Source of the DNA: an uncultured Chromatiales bacterium
Lineage (GTDB): Bacteria > Bacteroidota > Ignavibacteria > SZUA-365 > CAYQST01
Length of the DNA stretch: 64,000 nt
Direction of reading: 5' to 3'
NCBI GenBank assembly: GCA_964420295.1
Contig: CAYQST010000010.1
Span: forward strand, 6,554 to 70,553
Positions 46,303-55,532 of the stretch are shown in pieces. Under the pieces are notes generated by a model, which saw only the letters and a program-made list of their open reading frames with translations, was not told the origin of the DNA and did not search any database. How positions within the stretch are numbered: position 1 is the first letter of the stretch; each line of letters opens with the position of its first letter. Position numbers and translations under genes: made by a program.

Positions 46303-47259
46303 ATGAAAAAAGCACTCATCACTGGAATCACGGGTCAGGACGGCAGCTATCTGGCGGAACTCCTTCTTGCGAAGGGCTATGAGGTTCATGGCATCGTTCG
46401 TCGCGTGGCGATCGAGGACCATGAACACCGGCTCGGTCGGATCAAGCATCTGCTCAGCGACATCCGCATCCATCCCGCTTCCCTGGAAAGCTACCCGAGT
46501 CTGTTCAACGTGGTGCGCGCCGTGGAGCCCGACGAATGCTACCACCTGGCGGCGCAGAGCTTCGTGAGTTATTCCTTCGAGGACGAGTTTTCCACCTTCA
46601 ACACCAACATCAATGGCACCCATTACATGCTGTCGTCGATCAAGCAGGTGGTACCCGACTGTCGGTTCTACTTCGCTGGTTCGAGCGAGATGTTCGGCAA
46701 GGTGGAGGAAGTCCCGCAGAACGAAAACACCCGCTTCCATCCTCGTTCCGCCTACGGTATCACCAAGGTGGCTGGCTACGAGCTGACGCGGAATTATCGC
46801 GAAGCCTACGGTTTGAAGACTGCCAACGGGATTCTGTACAATCACGAATCTCCCCGTCGCGGTTTCGAATTCGTCACCCGGAAGATTACCTCCACCGTTG
46901 CCCGGATCAAGAAAGGGCAGGCGAAGGAACTCCGACTGGGCAATCTCGATGCCAAGCGGGACTGGGGCTATGCGAAGGAGTATGTGGAGGCGATGTGGAT
47001 GATCCTTCAGCAGGAACAGCCTCAGGACTTTGTGATCAGCACCGGCGAGACCCACAGCGTGCGCGAATTCGTCGAAATCGCGTTTTCCAGCGTGGGCCTG
47101 AACTGGCAGGACCATGTCGTCGTCGATCCCATTCTCTTCCGCCCCGCCGAAGTGGATATCCTCCTCGGCAACCCCGCCAAGGCCGAACGAGAGCTCGGGT
47201 GGAAGTCCTCGACCTCGTTTCGGGAATTGGTGGAGTTGATGGTAATGAGTGAAGAGTAA
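46303..47259 (+). CDS. gmd: GDP-mannose 4,6-dehydratase
   Basis: ALITGITGQDGSYLAE, PRSAYGITK, NHESPRRG, LGNLDAKRDWG. Confidence 0.96.
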   Translation: MKKALITGITGQDGSYLAELLLAKGYEVHGIVRRVAIEDHEHRLGRIKHLLSDIRIHPASLESYPSLFNVVRAVEPDECYHLAAQSFVSYSFEDEFSTFNTNINGTHYMLSSIKQVVPDCRFYFAGSSEMFGKVEEVPQNENTRFHPRSAYGITKVAGYELTRNYREAYGLKTANGILYNHESPRRGFEFVTRKITSTVARIKKGQAKELRLGNLDAKRDWGYAKEYVEAMWMILQQEQPQDFVISTGETHSVREFVEIAFSSVGLNWQDHVVVDPILFRPAEVDILLGNPAKAERELGWKSSTSFRELVELMVMSEE

Positions 47260-47318
47260 AGAGTGAAGAGTAAAGAGTGAAGAGTAAAGAGTAAAGAGTA
47301 AAGAGTTAAGGGTAAAGT
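47249..47318 (+). repeat. Heptamer array site E (10 units)
   Basis: (GTGAAGA GTAAAGA)x3, GTAAAGA x2, GTTAAGG, GTAAAGT; the gmd TAA lies in unit 2. Confidence 0.92.
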
Positions 47319-47360
47319 CGCCCTCCTTCCCGACCATTTTCGTATTCATACAGGTAAGTC

Positions 47361-48557
47361 ATGAACGTTCCTCTTCTTGATCTCAAGCCGCAGTATCAGG
47401 CCCTCAAGGCCGAACTGGATTCCGCTCTCCTTCGTGTTGCCGAGAGCCAGTACTTTATTTTGGGTCCCGAAGTCAAGCAGCTCGAGGCCAATATCGCCGA
47501 GTATGTCGGCACGAAGCATGCCATCGGCGTGTCCTCGGGCACCGATGCCCTTCTCCTTGCTCTGATGGCCCTGGGCATTGGGCCGGGTGACGGAGTGATC
47601 GTGCCCACCTTCTCCTTTTTCGCGACGGCCGGGGTGGTGTCGCGGCTGGGGGCGACTCCGATTTTCGTGGACAATGATCCGGTGACCTTCAACATCGATC
47701 CGAAGGCCGTGGAGGCCGCGCTGGAGTGTTACGCGCATTCCGACATCACGGTCAAGGCCATCACGCCCGTACATCTGTTCGGGCAGGCGGCAGACATGGA
47801 TGGCATCATGGCCATCGCCGCGCAGCACGGCCTGAAGGTGGTGGAAGACTGTGCCCAGGCCATCGGGGTGCAGTACAAGGACGGACGCCGCGTCGGGAGC
47901 ATCGGCGACGTGGGGTGTTTCTCTTTCTTCCCGAGCAAGAACCTCGGATGTTTCGGAGACGGTGGCATCATCACGGTGAACGACGACGCTCTGGCTCACA
48001 TGATCGAGATCATGCGGGTGCATGGCGGCGAGCCCAAGTACTACCACAAGGTGATCGGCGGCAATTTCCGCATCGATGCCATCCAGGCGGCGGTGCTGAA
48101 CGTGAAGCTACCTCATCTGGATAGTTGGCACGAGGGACGTCGGCGTAACGCGGCCTTCTATACCAAGCATTTCGTGGAAGCGGGACTTGCCGAAGGAACC
48201 GGAAGAACCGCGTTCGACGACAAGAATGCCGTGCTTCTGCCCGCCAGTGTGTACGAGGATCAGGGTCACGCCCATCCCTACCTGCACATCTACAACCAGT
48301 ACTGCATCCGCGTACAGGATCGGGACGGACTCATCGATCACTTGCGCGCCCATTCCATCGGATGCGAAATCTATTATCCGGTTCCCTTCCACAAGCAGGA
48401 ATGCTTCCAGGACGTGCCCTCGTCCCGCGGTACCTATCCGCAGGCGGACGCGGCAGCCGGGTCGATCCTCGCCCTGCCGATTTTTCCGGAATTGACGGAA
48501 GAGCAGTTGGGGTATGTGGTGGAGGTGGTAAGGATGGGGGTAAAGAGTAAAGTGTAA
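47361..48557 (+). CDS. DegT/DnrJ/EryC1/StrS aminotransferase (WbpE-like)
   Basis: VEDCAQAIG, FSFFPSKNLGCFGDGG (PLP lysine), GGNFRIDAIQAA. Confidence 0.93.
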   Translation: MNVPLLDLKPQYQALKAELDSALLRVAESQYFILGPEVKQLEANIAEYVGTKHAIGVSSGTDALLLALMALGIGPGDGVIVPTFSFFATAGVVSRLGATPIFVDNDPVTFNIDPKAVEAALECYAHSDITVKAITPVHLFGQAADMDGIMAIAAQHGLKVVEDCAQAIGVQYKDGRRVGSIGDVGCFSFFPSKNLGCFGDGGIITVNDDALAHMIEIMRVHGGEPKYYHKVIGGNFRIDAIQAAVLNVKLPHLDSWHEGRRRNAAFYTKHFVEAGLAEGTGRTAFDDKNAVLLPASVYEDQGHAHPYLHIYNQYCIRVQDRDGLIDHLRAHSIGCEIYYPVPFHKQECFQDVPSSRGTYPQADAAAGSILALPIFPELTEEQLGYVVEVVRMGVKSKV

Positions 48558-48574
48558 AGAGTAAAGCGTAAAGC
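48540..48574 (+). repeat. Heptamer array site F (5 units), left arm of the four-helix-bundle cassette
   Basis: GTAAAGA GTAAAGT GTAAAGA GTAAAGC GTAAAGC; encodes the last residues and the stop of the aminotransferase. Confidence 0.9.
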
Positions 48575-48590
48575 AACGGGGGAGGTTGCA

Positions 48591-48962
48591 ATGGAAATCA
48601 AATTTCGACGATCTCATACGAAGCTGTTGGTTTGGAAAAGGGCGATCGAGCTCGTTGTTCTGGTATATCGTACGACGGAGCACTTTCCTCGTAGCGAAAG
48701 CCTTGGTCTTGTTACGCAGATGCGGCGAGCCGCCGTGTCCATCCCAAGCAATATTGCCGAAGGTGCTGGTCGCGGCTCCACAAAGGAGTTTCTTCGACAC
48801 CTCCGCATCGCACGGGGATCCCTCAGTGAGCTGGAGACCCAGATGTTCATTGCCCAAGAACTCACGCTCTGCATCCAACCCGAAATCACTCTCTCGCTCT
48901 GTCACCAAGTATCACGACTCCTGAGCGGCCTCATCAATCGTCTCAATCGAGCAGATCCCTAA
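48591..48962 (+). CDS. Four helix bundle protein (23S rRNA intervening-sequence protein family)
   Basis: LLVWKRAIEL, FPRSESLGLVTQMRRAAVSIPSNIAEGAGR, FLRHLRIARGSLSELETQ. Confidence 0.95.
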   Translation: MEIKFRRSHTKLLVWKRAIELVVLVYRTTEHFPRSESLGLVTQMRRAAVSIPSNIAEGAGRGSTKEFLRHLRIARGSLSELETQMFIAQELTLCIQPEITLSLCHQVSRLLSGLINRLNRADP

Positions 48963-48991
48963 CCCTTCACCCTTCACCCTTCACTCTTTAC
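48957..48991 (-). repeat. Inverse heptamer array (5 units), right arm of the cassette
   Basis: Plus strand CCCTAAC CCTTCAC CCTTCAC CCTTCAC TCTTTAC, starting across the four-helix-bundle stop. Confidence 0.9.
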
Positions 48992-48995
48992 CATC

Positions 48996-49862
48996 TTGAA
49001 AGGCCTCATCCTTGCCGGGGGCTCCGGCACCCGGCTCTATCCGTTGACGCGGGTGGTGAGCAAGCAGCTCCTTCCCGTGTACGACAAGCCGATGATCTAC
49101 TATCCCCTCACCACGCTGATGCTGGCGGGGATTCGGGAGATCTGCATCATTTCCACGCCCACGGACCTGCCACGATTTCGGGATCTGCTCGAAGATGGAT
49201 CCCGGTTCGGGGTGTCGTTTACGTATGTGGTGCAGGAGAGTCCCGACGGACTAGCTCAGGCCTTCATCCTCGGAGAGGAATTCATCGGGGGAGAGCCGAG
49301 CTGTCTGATTCTGGGGGACAATCTCTTTCATGGGTCACACCTGGCGCGCACCCTGCAGGAGGCCTCGCAGTTGACGGAGGGGGGCTGCATCTTCGCCTAT
49401 CAGGTGAGGGATCCCGAACGGTATGGCGTGGTGGAGTTCGATGCCGGCGGACGGGCGGTTTCCATTGAAGAAAAGCCCACGCGGCCCCGATCGACCTTTG
49501 CCGTGCCGGGCATCTACTTCTATGATGGCACGGCGTCGGCGCGGGCCCGCGCCCTTCGACCCTCGGCGAGAGGAGAGCTGGAAATCACCGATCTGAATCG
49601 GGTCTATCTCGAGGAAGGGCATCTGCAGGTGAAGATTCTCAGCCGGGGCACGGCCTGGCTCGACACGGGCACCCACGAATCCCTGCTTCAGGCCTCGCAG
49701 TTCATCCAGACGATTGAATTACGTCAGGGACTCAAGATTGGCTGTCCCGAGGAGGTGGCGTATCGGATGGGATTCATCGATCGGGAAACCCTGAGAAAGG
49801 CCGGGGAAGAGATGAGAAAGAACGAGTATGGGCTGTATTTGTTGGAAGTGAGTGAAGAGTAA
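48996..49862 (+). CDS. rfbA: Glucose-1-phosphate thymidylyltransferase
   Basis: [35 protein letters not shown]; TTG start. Confidence 0.96.
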   Translation: MKGLILAGGSGTRLYPLTRVVSKQLLPVYDKPMIYYPLTTLMLAGIREICIISTPTDLPRFRDLLEDGSRFGVSFTYVVQESPDGLAQAFILGEEFIGGEPSCLILGDNLFHGSHLARTLQEASQLTEGGCIFAYQVRDPERYGVVEFDAGGRAVSIEEKPTRPRSTFAVPGIYFYDGTASARARALRPSARGELEITDLNRVYLEEGHLQVKILSRGTAWLDTGTHESLLQASQFIQTIELRQGLKIGCPEEVAYRMGFIDRETLRKAGEEMRKNEYGLYLLEVSEE

Positions 49863-49879
49863 AGGGTGAAGAGTGAAGG
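49852..49879 (+). repeat. Heptamer array site G (4 units)
   Basis: GTGAAGA GTAAAGG GTGAAGA GTGAAGG; holds the rfbA TAA and ends in the rfbC SD. Confidence 0.88.
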
Positions 49880-49883
49880 AGGG

Positions 49884-50456
49884 ATGGTGACGTTTATCGA
49901 GCTGAGTATTCCGGGAGTGATCGTGGTGGAGCCCGTGGTGCATGGGGACGAGAGGGGCTTTTTCATGGAGACGTTTCGGGAGTCGTTGTTTCGGGAGGCG
50001 GGAATCGATGGTCCCTTTGTGCAGGACAATCATTCGCGGTCCGGGAAGGGGGTGTTGCGGGGGCTGCATGTGCAGAATCCGTTTGCACAGGGGAAGTTGG
50101 TGCGGGTGATCGTGGGAGAGGTGTTCGATGTCGCGGTGGATGTCAGACCCGGTTCGCCGACGTTTGGGCGTTGGGAGGGAGAGGTACTGTCCGCCGACAA
50201 TCGCAGGATGTTGTGGATACCACCGGGCTTTGCGCATGGATTCTGTGTCCTGTCGGAGCAGGCGGAATTCGTGTACAAGTGTACCGAGTATTATCACCCC
50301 GAGGCGGAACAGAGCATTCTTTGGAATGATCCCCGCATCGGAATTCTCTGGCCCATTGCCGAGCCCCTGCTGTCGGAGCGGGATCGTCGCGGCATGAGTC
50401 TGGACGAATACCAGCGCCATCTCAACGATCACGTTCTTGAAGGACTACGGGTATGA
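49884..50456 (+). CDS. rfbC: dTDP-4-dehydrorhamnose 3,5-epimerase
   Basis: DERGFFME, QDNHSRS, VLRGLH, PGFAHGF. Confidence 0.96.
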   Translation: MVTFIELSIPGVIVVEPVVHGDERGFFMETFRESLFREAGIDGPFVQDNHSRSGKGVLRGLHVQNPFAQGKLVRVIVGEVFDVAVDVRPGSPTFGRWEGEVLSADNRRMLWIPPGFAHGFCVLSEQAEFVYKCTEYYHPEAEQSILWNDPRIGILWPIAEPLLSERDRRGMSLDEYQRHLNDHVLEGLRV

Positions 50457-51421
50457 CACCCAGGAATTTCGCCCTCATCGGAGCAGCCGGGTACATCGCG
50501 CCCCGGCATCTGCGCGCCATTCACGAAACCGGGAACCGTCTGGTGACAGCCACCGACCCTCACGACGCCGTGGGGATTCTGGATCAGTATTTTCCGGAAA
50601 GCAGTTTCTTTGTGGAATTCGAACGGTTTGACCGCCACCTGGAGAAGCTCCGGCGCCAGGGGGAAGAGTCACGCGTGCATTACGTAACGATCTGTTCTCC
50701 CAATTATTTGCACGATGCACATATCCGTACGGCGCTGCGAGTACATGCCAATGCCATCTGCGAAAAACCGCTCGTGCTGAATCCCTGGAACCTCGACGCC
50801 CTCTCGGTGCTGGAACAGGAATCGGGCAACAGGGTTCACACCATCCTGCAACTGCGCCACCATTCCTCCATCATCGCCCTCAAGGAAGCCTTCGGACAGC
50901 GCTCCAGCTCAACCCGTCACCAGGTGGTGCTCACGTACATCACATCGCGAGGCATGTGGTACCATTATTCGTGGAAGGGGATTCTCGAGAAGTCGGGAGG
51001 CCTGGCCACGAACATCGGCATTCATTTCTTTGACATGCTGATGTGGATTTTCGGATCTCCGCGTCGACTGGAAGTGCATCACATGGATTCCAACAAATGC
51101 GGGGGCTTTCTGGAGCTTCCCAACGCCGACGTGCGCTGGTTTCTCTCGGTGGATCCTCATGACCTCCCCCCGGACGCGATTGATCGGAAGCAGCGCACCT
51201 ATCGCTCCATCACCATCGATGGGGAGGAAGCGGAATTCTCCGAAGGCTTCACCGATTTGCACACCATCAGTTATCGACACATTCTCGCGGGTGAGGGGTA
51301 TGGTTTGGAAGATGCCCGTCCCTCGATCGAGGTGGTGCAGAAAATCCGCACGACAAAACCCAGCATGAACCCCGATACCGCTCATCCCGCGCTTCTGGCG
51401 GGACTTTCCCCCACGACCTGA
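50453..51421 (+). CDS. Gfo/Idh/MocA oxidoreductase, WbpB-like (UDP-GlcNAcA 3-dehydrogenase)
   Basis: FALIGAAGYIAPRH, CSPNYLHDAH, CEKPLV, SWKG...GGLATNIGIHFFD. Confidence 0.9.
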   Translation: MTPRNFALIGAAGYIAPRHLRAIHETGNRLVTATDPHDAVGILDQYFPESSFFVEFERFDRHLEKLRRQGEESRVHYVTICSPNYLHDAHIRTALRVHANAICEKPLVLNPWNLDALSVLEQESGNRVHTILQLRHHSSIIALKEAFGQRSSSTRHQVVLTYITSRGMWYHYSWKGILEKSGGLATNIGIHFFDMLMWIFGSPRRLEVHHMDSNKCGGFLELPNADVRWFLSVDPHDLPPDAIDRKQRTYRSITIDGEEAEFSEGFTDLHTISYRHILAGEGYGLEDARPSIEVVQKIRTTKPSMNPDTAHPALLAGLSPTT

Positions 51422-51432
51422 GGAACCGCTCC

Positions 51433-52077
51433 ATGTCATACTACAAACACGAATCCGCTTATGTGGACGAGCCCTGCGAGATCGGTGAGGGCACAAAGAT
51501 CTGGCATTTCTGCCATGTGATGAAAAACGCACGCCTGGGAAAGAACTGCATCCTGGGTCAGAACGTGCTGATCGCGAACGACGTGGTGTTGGGCGATAAC
51601 GTCAAGATTCAAAACAATGTGTCCATCTATACCGGCACCGTGGTGGAGGACGATGTGTTTCTGGGTCCGTCCTGCGTGTTGACCAACGTCACCAATCCCC
51701 GCTCCCAGGTGCTGCGCCATCACCTCTACGAAAAGACCCTGCTGCGCCGAGGATGCAGCATCGGCGCCAACGCCACCATCGTGTGCGGCATCACCGTGGG
51801 GCGCTATGCCTTCGTGGCCGCCGGGGCCGTGGTAGCCAAGGACGTGCCGGATTACGCCTTGATGATGGGAGTGCCGGGACGGCAGGTGGGGTGGATGAGT
51901 CGACACGGTCATCGCCTGACCTCGCCCGATGCTTCCGGCGTGTACACCTGTCCCGAGAGCGGGCTGCGCTATCAGGAAACCGATGGCCTGCTGCGCTGTC
52001 TCGACGTGGATGAGGATGCCCCGCTTCCGGAAGCGCTGAGAATGGGCGACAAGTTGTACGACGAGTACAAGTCCTGA
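51433..52077 (+). CDS. Hexapeptide-repeat N-acetyltransferase, WbpD-like
   Basis: IGEGTKIWHFCH, KIQNNVSIY, FLGPSCVLTNV.NPRS, GANATIVCG. Confidence 0.9.
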   Translation: MSYYKHESAYVDEPCEIGEGTKIWHFCHVMKNARLGKNCILGQNVLIANDVVLGDNVKIQNNVSIYTGTVVEDDVFLGPSCVLTNVTNPRSQVLRHHLYEKTLLRRGCSIGANATIVCGITVGRYAFVAAGAVVAKDVPDYALMMGVPGRQVGWMSRHGHRLTSPDASGVYTCPESGLRYQETDGLLRCLDVDEDAPLPEALRMGDKLYDEYKS

Positions 52078-52090
52078 CCCTTTCGCCGCC

Positions 52091-53596
52091 ATGCCCCCGA
52101 CCTCGGTTTCCCGCAATGCCCTGTACAATCTGATCGGGCATGGGGCCCTGCTGGTGGCCGGGGTGGTGACGGTACCGCTTCTGACCAGGGCCCTCGGGGT
52201 GGAGAGATTCGGACTGCTGAGTCTGGTTCGGGTTCTCGTCATTTACTTTTCGATCCTGGATTTTGGGTTTACCTCGGCAGTGACCCAGAGGGTGGCCGAA
52301 GCCGTGGGGCGGGGAGAGTCGGATCGTGTGCCCGCCATTTTTCACACCGCCACCGTGTTTCTGTTCTGGATGGGCATTCTCGGAGGGGGGCTTCTGGCGC
52401 TGGCCGCGCCCCTGCTGGTGACCCGGGTGCTGGATGTCCCGCCCGCCCTGCACGCGGAAGGGATTCAGAGTCTGACCATTGCGGCCCTGGCCTTCCCGCT
52501 GGTGACTCTCACATCCTCGGTAACGGGGATGTTGCAGGGGCTCCAGCGTTTCGGGAGGATCAACATGGTACTCGCCCCGATGAACATCGCCCAGTTCGTG
52601 CTCCCCCTTGGCGCGGCCTGGATGTTCGGTACCCTGCCAGCCGCCGTGGCGGCCATCTTCCTGTCGCGGGGAGCCGCCTACCTCGCCCTGCGTCTGTTTG
52701 TTCGTGAGGTGACACCACGCGTAGAGCACCGTCCACACTATAGTCGAACCGAGTTTCGCTCCCTCTTCCAATTCGGCAAGTGGATGACGGTGTCGAATTT
52801 GGTCAGCCCCATCATCGGCTACACCGATCGTGTGTTTCTGGGCATCGTGCGTCCCATCGATCACCTCACCTACTACACCGTGCCGGCCGATATCGCCAAT
52901 CGGCTGCAGGTCTTTCCGAAAAGTCTGCTCGTCGCTCTCTATCCCGTGCTCAGCGGGATGAATGACACCGAGAAAATGCGAGACCTGGGACTGCGGTCCC
53001 TGCGCCTGATTCTCGTGCTTCTGGTGCCGGGCTTTCTGACCGTGATCCTTTTTTCCCACGAGCTTCTGACGCTTTGGATGGGAGCGGCTTTCGCGGAACG
53101 AAGCACGATGGCCCTGCAAATCGTGGTGCCGGGGATGGCGGCGGCGGCCTTGAGTCTGGCACCCCAGTATGTGTTGCAGAGCCAGGCCCGCACCGATCTG
53201 ATCGGAAAGATACATGTGTGGTTGAGCGTGGCCTATGTGCCGCTCGCCTTTCCGGTGATTCTGTATTGGGGCGTGGAGGGCGCGGCCCTGATGTGGACCC
53301 TGCGTTCCGTGGCCGAGGCGGTGTGGATGGTGCAGGTCGTCTATCCGATCTCCACGCTCGAGCATCGCCGGGCTCTCGGGATCATGGTTGGTCCCTTCGC
53401 TCTGATCTTTTCCATTCAACTTCTGCTCAGCGCCCTGGCCTGGCTGCTGCTTCCGTCGCTCGCGCGTTCAGGAGCCTGGCTCGGGATCGCTCTCGTCGCC
53501 CAAATCGCGCAGATGCGCGTCGGGCTGGCTCGGGAGGATCGGCAGGCCCTGTGGGGACTGGTACGACCGGGCAAGTCCCGGAAGCGGCTGGCATGA
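52091..53596 (+). CDS. Wzx-type flippase 1
   Basis: About 12 TM segments; [23 protein letters not shown]...DR. Confidence 0.88.
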   Translation: MPPTSVSRNALYNLIGHGALLVAGVVTVPLLTRALGVERFGLLSLVRVLVIYFSILDFGFTSAVTQRVAEAVGRGESDRVPAIFHTATVFLFWMGILGGGLLALAAPLLVTRVLDVPPALHAEGIQSLTIAALAFPLVTLTSSVTGMLQGLQRFGRINMVLAPMNIAQFVLPLGAAWMFGTLPAAVAAIFLSRGAAYLALRLFVREVTPRVEHRPHYSRTEFRSLFQFGKWMTVSNLVSPIIGYTDRVFLGIVRPIDHLTYYTVPADIANRLQVFPKSLLVALYPVLSGMNDTEKMRDLGLRSLRLILVLLVPGFLTVILFSHELLTLWMGAAFAERSTMALQIVVPGMAAAALSLAPQYVLQSQARTDLIGKIHVWLSVAYVPLAFPVILYWGVEGAALMWTLRSVAEAVWMVQVVYPISTLEHRRALGIMVGPFALIFSIQLLLSALAWLLLPSLARSGAWLGIALVAQIAQMRVGLAREDRQALWGLVRPGKSRKRLA

Positions 53597-53660
53597 CGCA
53601 GATTTCGAACTCCACGCGGCGACAGTCGCCCATCCGTACATACTCACGAAAGGTAACGGC

Positions 53661-54671
53661 GTGCATATTCTCGTGACCGGCGCGGCCGGATTCATCGGTT
53701 TTCATCTGACCCGGAAGCTCATCGCCCGGGGCGACACGGTGCTGGGAGTGGACAATCTCAACGCCTATTACGACGTGACCCTGAAACAGGCCCGCCTCCA
53801 CCAACTCCTGGCGTTGCCGGGCTTCACGTTCGAGAAGGTGGACATCGGCGATCGGCGGGAGATGGAGCGCATCTTCGGGGGGCAGCGCTTCGACGCCGTG
53901 GTGAACCTCGCGGCCCAGGCCGGGGTGCGGTATTCCCTCACCAATCCGTATTCGTATGTGGACAGCAATCTGATGGGATTTCTGAATATCCTCGAGGGCT
54001 GTCGTCATCACGGAGTGGGACATCTGGTGTACGCCTCCTCGAGCTCGGTGTATGGAGCGAATACTAAGATGCCGTTCTCGGTACACGACAATGTGGATCA
54101 TCCCATCTCCCTCTATGCTGCGACGAAGAAGGCCAACGAGCTGATGGCCCACACCTATTCCGCGCTCTACGGCATTCCCACCACGGGCCTGCGTTTCTTT
54201 ACGGTGTACGGCCCCTGGGGCCGTCCCGACATGGCGCTCTTTCTGTTCACGAAGGCCATTCTGGAAGGCCGGCCCATCGATGTGTACAACGACGGGAAGA
54301 TGCGCCGGGACTTCACCTATGTGGACGACATCGTCGAGGGCGTGGCTCGGGTGATCAAAACCGTGCCGACGCCGAACCCCGCCTGGACGGGGGATGAGCC
54401 CGACAATGCCACGAGCTTCGCGCCGTATCGGCTGTTCAACATCGGCAACAGCAATCCCGTGGAGTTGATGACCTTCATCGAGGCCATCGAGAAGGAGCTC
54501 GGCCGGGAAGCCGTCAAAAACTTTCTGCCCATGCAGCCGGGGGATGTGCCTGCCACGAGCGCCGACGTGAAGGATCTGGAGGAGGCCGTGGGGTTTGCAC
54601 CCAACACCTCGGTGCAGGACGGGATCGCGCGGTTCGTCCGCTGGTATCTCGAGTATTTCGAACACGCATAA
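53661..54671 (+). CDS. NAD-dependent epimerase (UDP-glucuronate 4-epimerase-like)
   Basis: [40 protein letters not shown]. Confidence 0.93.
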   Translation: MHILVTGAAGFIGFHLTRKLIARGDTVLGVDNLNAYYDVTLKQARLHQLLALPGFTFEKVDIGDRREMERIFGGQRFDAVVNLAAQAGVRYSLTNPYSYVDSNLMGFLNILEGCRHHGVGHLVYASSSSVYGANTKMPFSVHDNVDHPISLYAATKKANELMAHTYSALYGIPTTGLRFFTVYGPWGRPDMALFLFTKAILEGRPIDVYNDGKMRRDFTYVDDIVEGVARVIKTVPTPNPAWTGDEPDNATSFAPYRLFNIGNSNPVELMTFIEAIEKELGREAVKNFLPMQPGDVPATSADVKDLEEAVGFAPNTSVQDGIARFVRWYLEYFEHA

Positions 54672-54701
54672 CGCCCACAGACACGAAGGAAAGGCAGAGG
54701 G

Positions 54702-55532
54702 ATGGAATCCACCGAAAAACGACACTACGAAATCGAGGGCATGTGGGCCGAGGAGCGATTCGACGAAGGGAATCAAAATAGATTTCGGATCACGGCCGAG
54801 GCCATTCCCGCCGAGGTCAGGACACTGGCCGACATCGGGTGCGGCAACGGACTCTTTCTGCGCTATCTCACCGCGAGTCCGCGCTCCTTCGATCGCCTGG
54901 TCGGTGTGGATCGCAGTGAGACGGCCCTCAAACAGGTGGAAACAGAAAAACAGGTGGCCTCGATCGATGCCCTGCCCTTTGCAGACGGGGAATTCGATCT
55001 GACCACGTCCTTCGAGGTGCTCGAGCATCTTCCCGTCTCCGTCTTCCAGGCCGCGCGGTCGGAGCTGGCCCGGGTCAGTCGGCGTTTCATCATGGTGTCG
55101 GTGCCCTACGCCCAGGATCTGGAAGAGAGTTTTGTGGAGTGTCGCGCCTGTCGCACCAAGTTCAATCCCTACCACCACGTGCGGTCCTTCAACGAAGCCG
55201 TGATGCGGGATCTCTTCTCGGATTTCGGATACACGTGTCGGAAATTGGAAAAAATCGAATCCATCACGCACCTGAAATACCGATCGCTGCTTCACCTGTT
55301 CGTGGGCGAACGCTACGCGAGCACGAGTCCCTTCGGTTTCCCCATCGCCTGCCCCATGTGCGACAGCGAGATTCCGGGCTCGCGACGCACGAACGGGGGA
55401 GAGGCGTCGCGGAACGCACCGGCGCGGAGGGGGCTCAAGGCGAGACTCAAGGGCCTCTGGCCCAGTGAAACCCGGGCCCGCTGGATTCTGGGCGTGTATG
55501 AAAAAGGGAAAGGAGGGGAGATCTCGGCGTGA
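54702..55532 (+). CDS. Class I SAM-dependent methyltransferase
   Basis: LADIGCGNG, LPFADGEFD...EVLEHLP; two CxxC pairs. Confidence 0.85.
   Translation: MESTEKRHYEIEGMWAEERFDEGNQNRFRITAEAIPAEVRTLADIGCGNGLFLRYLTASPRSFDRLVGVDRSETALKQVETEKQVASIDALPFADGEFDLTTSFEVLEHLPVSVFQAARSELARVSRRFIMVSVPYAQDLEESFVECRACRTKFNPYHHVRSFNEAVMRDLFSDFGYTCRKLEKIESITHLKYRSLLHLFVGERYASTSPFGFPIACPMCDSEIPGSRRTNGGEASRNAPARRGLKARLKGLWPSETRARWILGVYEKGKGGEISA

Noticed and set aside
47249-47318. CRISPR array at the heptamer or 21-bp repeats
   Set aside because: Units are contiguous with no unique spacers, and there are no cas genes.
48591-48962. Diversity-generating retroelement (Avd-like gene)
   Set aside because: No reverse transcriptase and no template/variable repeat pair recognised in the window.
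48957-48991. Integron attC sites at the repeats (CCCTAAC, GTTAAGG)
   Set aside because: They do not fit RYYYAAC/GTTRRRY, lack the L-box structure, and no integrase is present.
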